The notes beneath the pieces were generated by a model that was given only the letters and a program-made list of their open reading frames with translations, was not told the origin of the DNA and did not search any database. Shown here piece after piece: positions 55,577 to 59,139 of a DNA stretch of 59,139 nucleotides; position 1 is the first letter of the stretch, and each line of letters starts with the position of its first letter. This DNA is from an uncultured virus (IMG/VR IMGVR_UViG_3300020048_000046) (lineage: Duplodnaviria > Heunggongvirae > Uroviricota > Caudoviricetes): the IMG/VR virus record IMGVR_UViG_3300020048_000046; one strand, 5' to 3'. Both the position numbers and the translations under genes were made by a program.

Positions 55577-56341
55577 ATGAAAAATGATTTTAGAAATTAT
55601 GCTGTAAAGCATTTAGGTAAAAATGGACTAACAGTAGATGCCGTTGCGAAACATCAAACTAATGCATATCTATCAAAAATGCACATGGTTAAAGCAAATA
55701 TGACACCATATATTATTGAAGAAAGACAAATGAATATTACGCAATTGTCTGTATTTGATAGGTTGATGATTGATAGAATTTTATTTTTATCTGGTGTTGT
55801 AGATGATCGAATGTGTGATATTGTTCAAGCACAATTAATGTTTTTAGATTCTGTTGAAACTAAAGATATCACAATGCAAATGTCAACTCCTGGTGGATCG
55901 GTTTTGAGTGGTTTAGCTATAAAAGATGTTATGGATTATATCGGTTCAGATGTTGCAACAATTAATATGGGACTTGCAGCATCAATGGGATCTATACTAT
56001 TATCCTCTGGTGCAAAAGGTAAAAGATCATCTTTAATTAATTCCAGAGTTATGACACATCATGTTAGTTCCGGAACTCAAGGAGTTATTGATGATCAACG
56101 AATTACTTTAATGGAATCTGAAAAATATAATTATTTATTATTTAAGGTTCTTGCTAAGAATTGTGGAAAAACATTTGAAGAAGTTCACGACATCTCTAAA
56201 AGAGATAAATGGTTTAATTCTGATGAAGCATTACAATTTGGATTGATTGATGAAATTATCGGATTAGATAAAAAAGAATCAATTACAGATATGATGGAAG
56301 GATTTGATGACTATTATCAAAAATATGTATTGAATAAATAA
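55577..56341 (+). CDS. clpP: ATP-dependent Clp protease proteolytic subunit
   Basis: PYIIEER, VFDRLMIDRILFL, TPGGSV, GLAASMGS (Ser), VMTH (His), RD (Asp), FGLIDEI. Confidence 0.95.
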   Translation: MKNDFRNYAVKHLGKNGLTVDAVAKHQTNAYLSKMHMVKANMTPYIIEERQMNITQLSVFDRLMIDRILFLSGVVDDRMCDIVQAQLMFLDSVETKDITMQMSTPGGSVLSGLAIKDVMDYIGSDVATINMGLAASMGSILLSSGAKGKRSSLINSRVMTHHVSSGTQGVIDDQRITLMESEKYNYLLFKVLAKNCGKTFEEVHDISKRDKWFNSDEALQFGLIDEIIGLDKKESITDMMEGFDDYYQKYVLNK

Positions 56342-56347
56342 TATGAG

Positions 56348-56373
56348 AAGCCTATGAAAATAGGCTTTTTTTT
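56348..56373 (+). terminator. intrinsic terminator
   Basis: AAGCCTAT-GAAA-ATAGGCTT followed by a T-run. Confidence 0.8.
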
Positions 56374-56392
56374 ATAAACATATTTAATAAAT

Positions 56393-56587
56393 ATGACTAT
56401 ATTTTATATGAGTAAAATAATAACAGATTATACCCAAATAGCATATTTAGATGCTAATTGGGTTAGTGAACATATTCTTGGTTTGAGTGATGAAGAGATA
56501 GCACAAAACAACTACATTAGAAAACAAGAATTAAAACGGCAATTAAGATTAAAAAAATTAAGACGAATAAATGGACTGGTGGATTGA
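56393..56587 (+). CDS. small protein with C-terminal basic tag
   Basis: LRLKKLRRING. Confidence 0.65.
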   Translation: MTIFYMSKIITDYTQIAYLDANWVSEHILGLSDEEIAQNNYIRKQELKRQLRLKKLRRINGLVD

Positions 56588-56834
56588 TTTATTACTTAAA
56601 CATAGATATAATAAAGAAGATTTTTCAGATGCTGTCATGAAATATTATGAAGAAGAAGATAAATTAAAAAAACCACCGGTAGGTATTATTGATGCTGTGG
56701 ATGAATTTAATAAAATAATGCAACATGAGTTAGATAAATATATATTAATTGATTTATTCTGGCTTGGCAAAGATGATACGATAAAACCTCATCTTAGGAG
56801 AATGAAGTTAGAAAGAATTTTAGGATCTTCTTAG
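56571..56834 (+). CDS. small protein with C-terminal basic tag
   Basis: LRRMKLERILGSS. Confidence 0.7.
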   Translation: MDWWIDLLLKHRYNKEDFSDAVMKYYEEEDKLKKPPVGIIDAVDEFNKIMQHELDKYILIDLFWLGKDDTIKPHLRRMKLERILGSS

Positions 56835-57184
56835 AGTTTGTCATTTATAGATTTTTTACAATGATCTTTTTCAATAAGATTAAGTATCCAATCTAAAGTT
56901 TTCCCGGTTTTTGATAATGTTCCCAATCTTTCATTTTTTCCGAGAGCTGATGATATCGTTTCTCCAATTTTTCCAAATTGGTAATAATCTTTGTTTTTTT
57001 GTACTAATGTAGCATTCCACAACGCTCTGAATGCACGATTTGACATAATGTCTATATCTAGTGCATTTGAACGATAATAGCCTGTTAAAACGACCCATTT
57101 ATAGCCATATTGGAATAATACAACAAAGAAGTTGATTATGGATATTGGTACAAATAAAATTATAGCAATTATGTATAGTATCAT
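56831..57184 (-). CDS. phage membrane protein
   Basis: N-terminal TM; ETISSALGKN...DHC. Confidence 0.7.
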   Translation of the reverse strand: MILYIIAIILFVPISIINFFVVLFQYGYKWVVLTGYYRSNALDIDIMSNRAFRALWNATLVQKNKDYYQFGKIGETISSALGKNERLGTLSKTGKTLDWILNLIEKDHCKKSINDKL

Positions 57185-57200
57185 AGTATTATATTATTTT

Positions 57201-58340
57201 TTATTTCCAATTAGATGGTATTGATGAGTAATTTGATAAATTTGTATCATCTCTAAAACAAGCCGTCCCATCTGGCATTGGATTTGTTCTTAACCATAAT
57301 TCTGGTGCTAATCCTGTTAATGATGTACAATATCCAAATGTCCAACGAAAATCAGTAACATTAATATTATAATCAAATAATCCAGTTGGGATTGTTGTTA
57401 ATGACGTACATGTCTCAAATGTGCTATTAAAAGAACGGGTATTTATATTATTATCAAATAATCCAGTGGGAATTGTGGCTAATGATATACAGTGGCTAAA
57501 TGTATAAAAAAAATTAGCATTGAAATTATTATCAAATAACCCGGATGGAATTGCGGTTAATGATCTACAAGAATAAAATGTGGAATTAAAATTAGTAACA
57601 TTTATATTATTATCAAATAATCCGGAAGGTATTGATGTTAATGATTTACAACCACGAAATGTAGATGCAAAAGATGTAACATTTATATTATTATCAAATA
57701 ACACAGATGGAATTGTTGTTAAGGATGTACAAAGTCCAAATGTCCAACTAAAATCAGTAACATTAATATTACTATTAAATAATCCTGATGGAATTGTTGT
57801 TAATGATGTACAATAAAAAAATGTATAAAAAAAATTAGCATTGAAATTATTATCAAATAACCCCGATGGGATTATTGTTAATGATTCACAATAACCAAAT
57901 GTATACGAAAAACTTTCGACATTGATTAGTTTTCCATTTTCGTTTGGCAGTGTTAATAAATTATAACATCCTGCGTCATAATTACCATTATAAAAAGATA
58001 AAACTTTAAAATTTCCAGTAACACCCCAAGAATCAACACTAATTATTTTAGATGTTAAATCTGTAGTATCAAAATTCATACTAAAAGTCTCACAAACCCC
58101 ATTTATTTTTATCTGATATGTACCAGCAACAGTATATGTGTGTGTTGTATTTGGATCGTTATATGAGGAAACATGGAGTATAACACTACCATCACCATAA
58201 TCTATATCATAATCATGGATATAATTAGGATCATCACTATGTGGGATAGTTATAGTATCATTTTCAGCAACGGTTAATGTAAATGAAAATGGTTTTGATT
58301 TACTCATGCTTGATAATATTCCAATAGTTGATGTTATCAT
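57201..58340 (-). CDS. PKD-like plus BspA-like LRR protein (possible tail-associated adhesin)
   Basis: IDYGDGS...HTY...GTY.IKI; 25-aa TF..CTSLT.IP.GLFDNN repeats; likely start MITSTIG. Confidence 0.8.
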   Translation of the reverse strand: MITSTIGILSSMSKSKPFSFTLTVAENDTITIPHSDDPNYIHDYDIDYGDGSVILHVSSYNDPNTTHTYTVAGTYQIKINGVCETFSMNFDTTDLTSKIISVDSWGVTGNFKVLSFYNGNYDAGCYNLLTLPNENGKLINVESFSYTFGYCESLTIIPSGLFDNNFNANFFYTFFYCTSLTTIPSGLFNSNINVTDFSWTFGLCTSLTTIPSVLFDNNINVTSFASTFRGCKSLTSIPSGLFDNNINVTNFNSTFYSCRSLTAIPSGLFDNNFNANFFYTFSHCISLATIPTGLFDNNINTRSFNSTFETCTSLTTIPTGLFDYNINVTDFRWTFGYCTSLTGLAPELWLRTNPMPDGTACFRDDTNLSNYSSIPSNWK

Positions 58341-58612
58341 GCTATATCCCCCGCTAATATCCAAGTATTTGATTCTATTTTAATAAGTGTAGCACAACTA
58401 TATTGTGCTCTTAAAGCTAATTTATTATCAGCAGATAAAATTGTACCATAGAAAGAAACCGTTATTTCTCCAGTACCTTCTCTAAATAATATTATTTGTG
58501 TTCCGATATCAAAAATACTATATGGAATTTCTATTATAGTGTTACCTGTTTGGTTTATTCTAACAACTGTATTAGCATCTTCTATTTGTAGGGTGTATAT
58601 TAAATTTGACAT
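58337..58612 (-). CDS. small beta-rich protein, possibly tail-fibre associated
   Basis: F.IGTQI...G.G.IT...QYS.ATLIK....WILAGD. Confidence 0.65.
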   Translation of the reverse strand: MSNLIYTLQIEDANTVVRINQTGNTIIEIPYSIFDIGTQIILFREGTGEITVSFYGTILSADNKLALRAQYSCATLIKIESNTWILAGDIA

Positions 58613-58627
58613 ATATTTTTATCTTTT

Positions 58628-59139
58628 TTATTTCCAATTAGATGGTATATCATTATAATTTGTTAATAATGTATCATTATAAAAACAATAATTTCTAGTT
58701 GGAGCTTGAAAACTCAACCACAATTCTGGTGCTAATCCTGTTAATGATATACAATTATAAAATGTGTCAGCAAAAGAAGTAACATTTATATTATTATCAA
58801 ATAAACCAGTTGGTATTGATGTTAATGATGTACAATAATGGAATGTACCATCAAAAGAAGTAACATTAATATTATTATCAAATAAACCAGATGGTATCGA
58901 AATTAATGATGTACAATAATAGAATGTATAAGTAAAATTAGTAACAATAATATTATTATCAAATAAACCAGTTGGGATTGTTGTTAATGTTGAACAATAT
59001 TGGAATGTAGAATTAAAAGAAGTAACAAGAGTATTATTATCAAATAATCCGGAAGGTATTGAAGTTAATAAATAACATCTACTAAATGTAGAATTAAAAG
59101 AAGTAACAAGAGTATTATTATCAAATAATCCGGAAGGTA
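58628..59139 (-). CDS. second BspA-like LRR protein (3' part; runs off the window)
   Basis: Same IP.GLFDNN repeats and GLAPELW...IPSNWK* end as 57201. Confidence 0.85.
   Translation of the reverse strand, partial: PSGLFDNNTLVTSFNSTFSRCYLLTSIPSGLFDNNTLVTSFNSTFQYCSTLTTIPTGLFDNNIIVTNFTYTFYYCTSLISIPSGLFDNNINVTSFDGTFHYCTSLTSIPTGLFDNNINVTSFADTFYNCISLTGLAPELWLSFQAPTRNYCFYNDTLLTNYNDIPSNWK

Noticed and set aside
57350..57900. 75-nt periodic repeats as a possible CRISPR array
   Set aside because: Variation is spread through each unit at codon level and there are no unique spacers; these are ordinary LRR coding repeats.

Overview
AT-rich, gene-dense accessory region of what is most likely a jumbo phage infecting Bacteroidota. 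Host evidence: about a dozen TAnnTTTG promoter boxes and a T9SS-sorted protein. There are three N gaps and no core structural genes or cas genes. Main finding: a dispersed family of 8 paralogous genes with a conserved ~100-aa N-terminal domain. In four copies this domain runs in frame into a CRISPR-like array of 36-nt repeats resembling type VI-B repeats and unique ~30-nt spacers more GC-rich than the genome. Each 66-nt unit is 22 codons and no spacer has a stop in the repeat frame, so the arrays appear to be translated into hypervariable protein tails. Three other copies have decayed arrays and one has none. Also present: (1) a clpC gene fractured by an atypically split intein around a hairpin-preceded homing endonuclease; (2) ClpP and an AAA+/M41 protease; (3) a basic C-terminal tag (R-x-x-K-L-x-R-I-L) on about 20 unrelated proteins; (4) an N-terminal MKYLKYFE-like tag on effector-like proteins (ART, LRR, GNAT, zincin, transglutaminase-like); (5) a portable ~45-aa C-terminal module; (6) auxiliary genes (coaE, degenerate purN, CDF transporter, Dam, Nudix, NADAR, HD hydrolases). 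All calls come from reading motifs by eye; no database searches were run.
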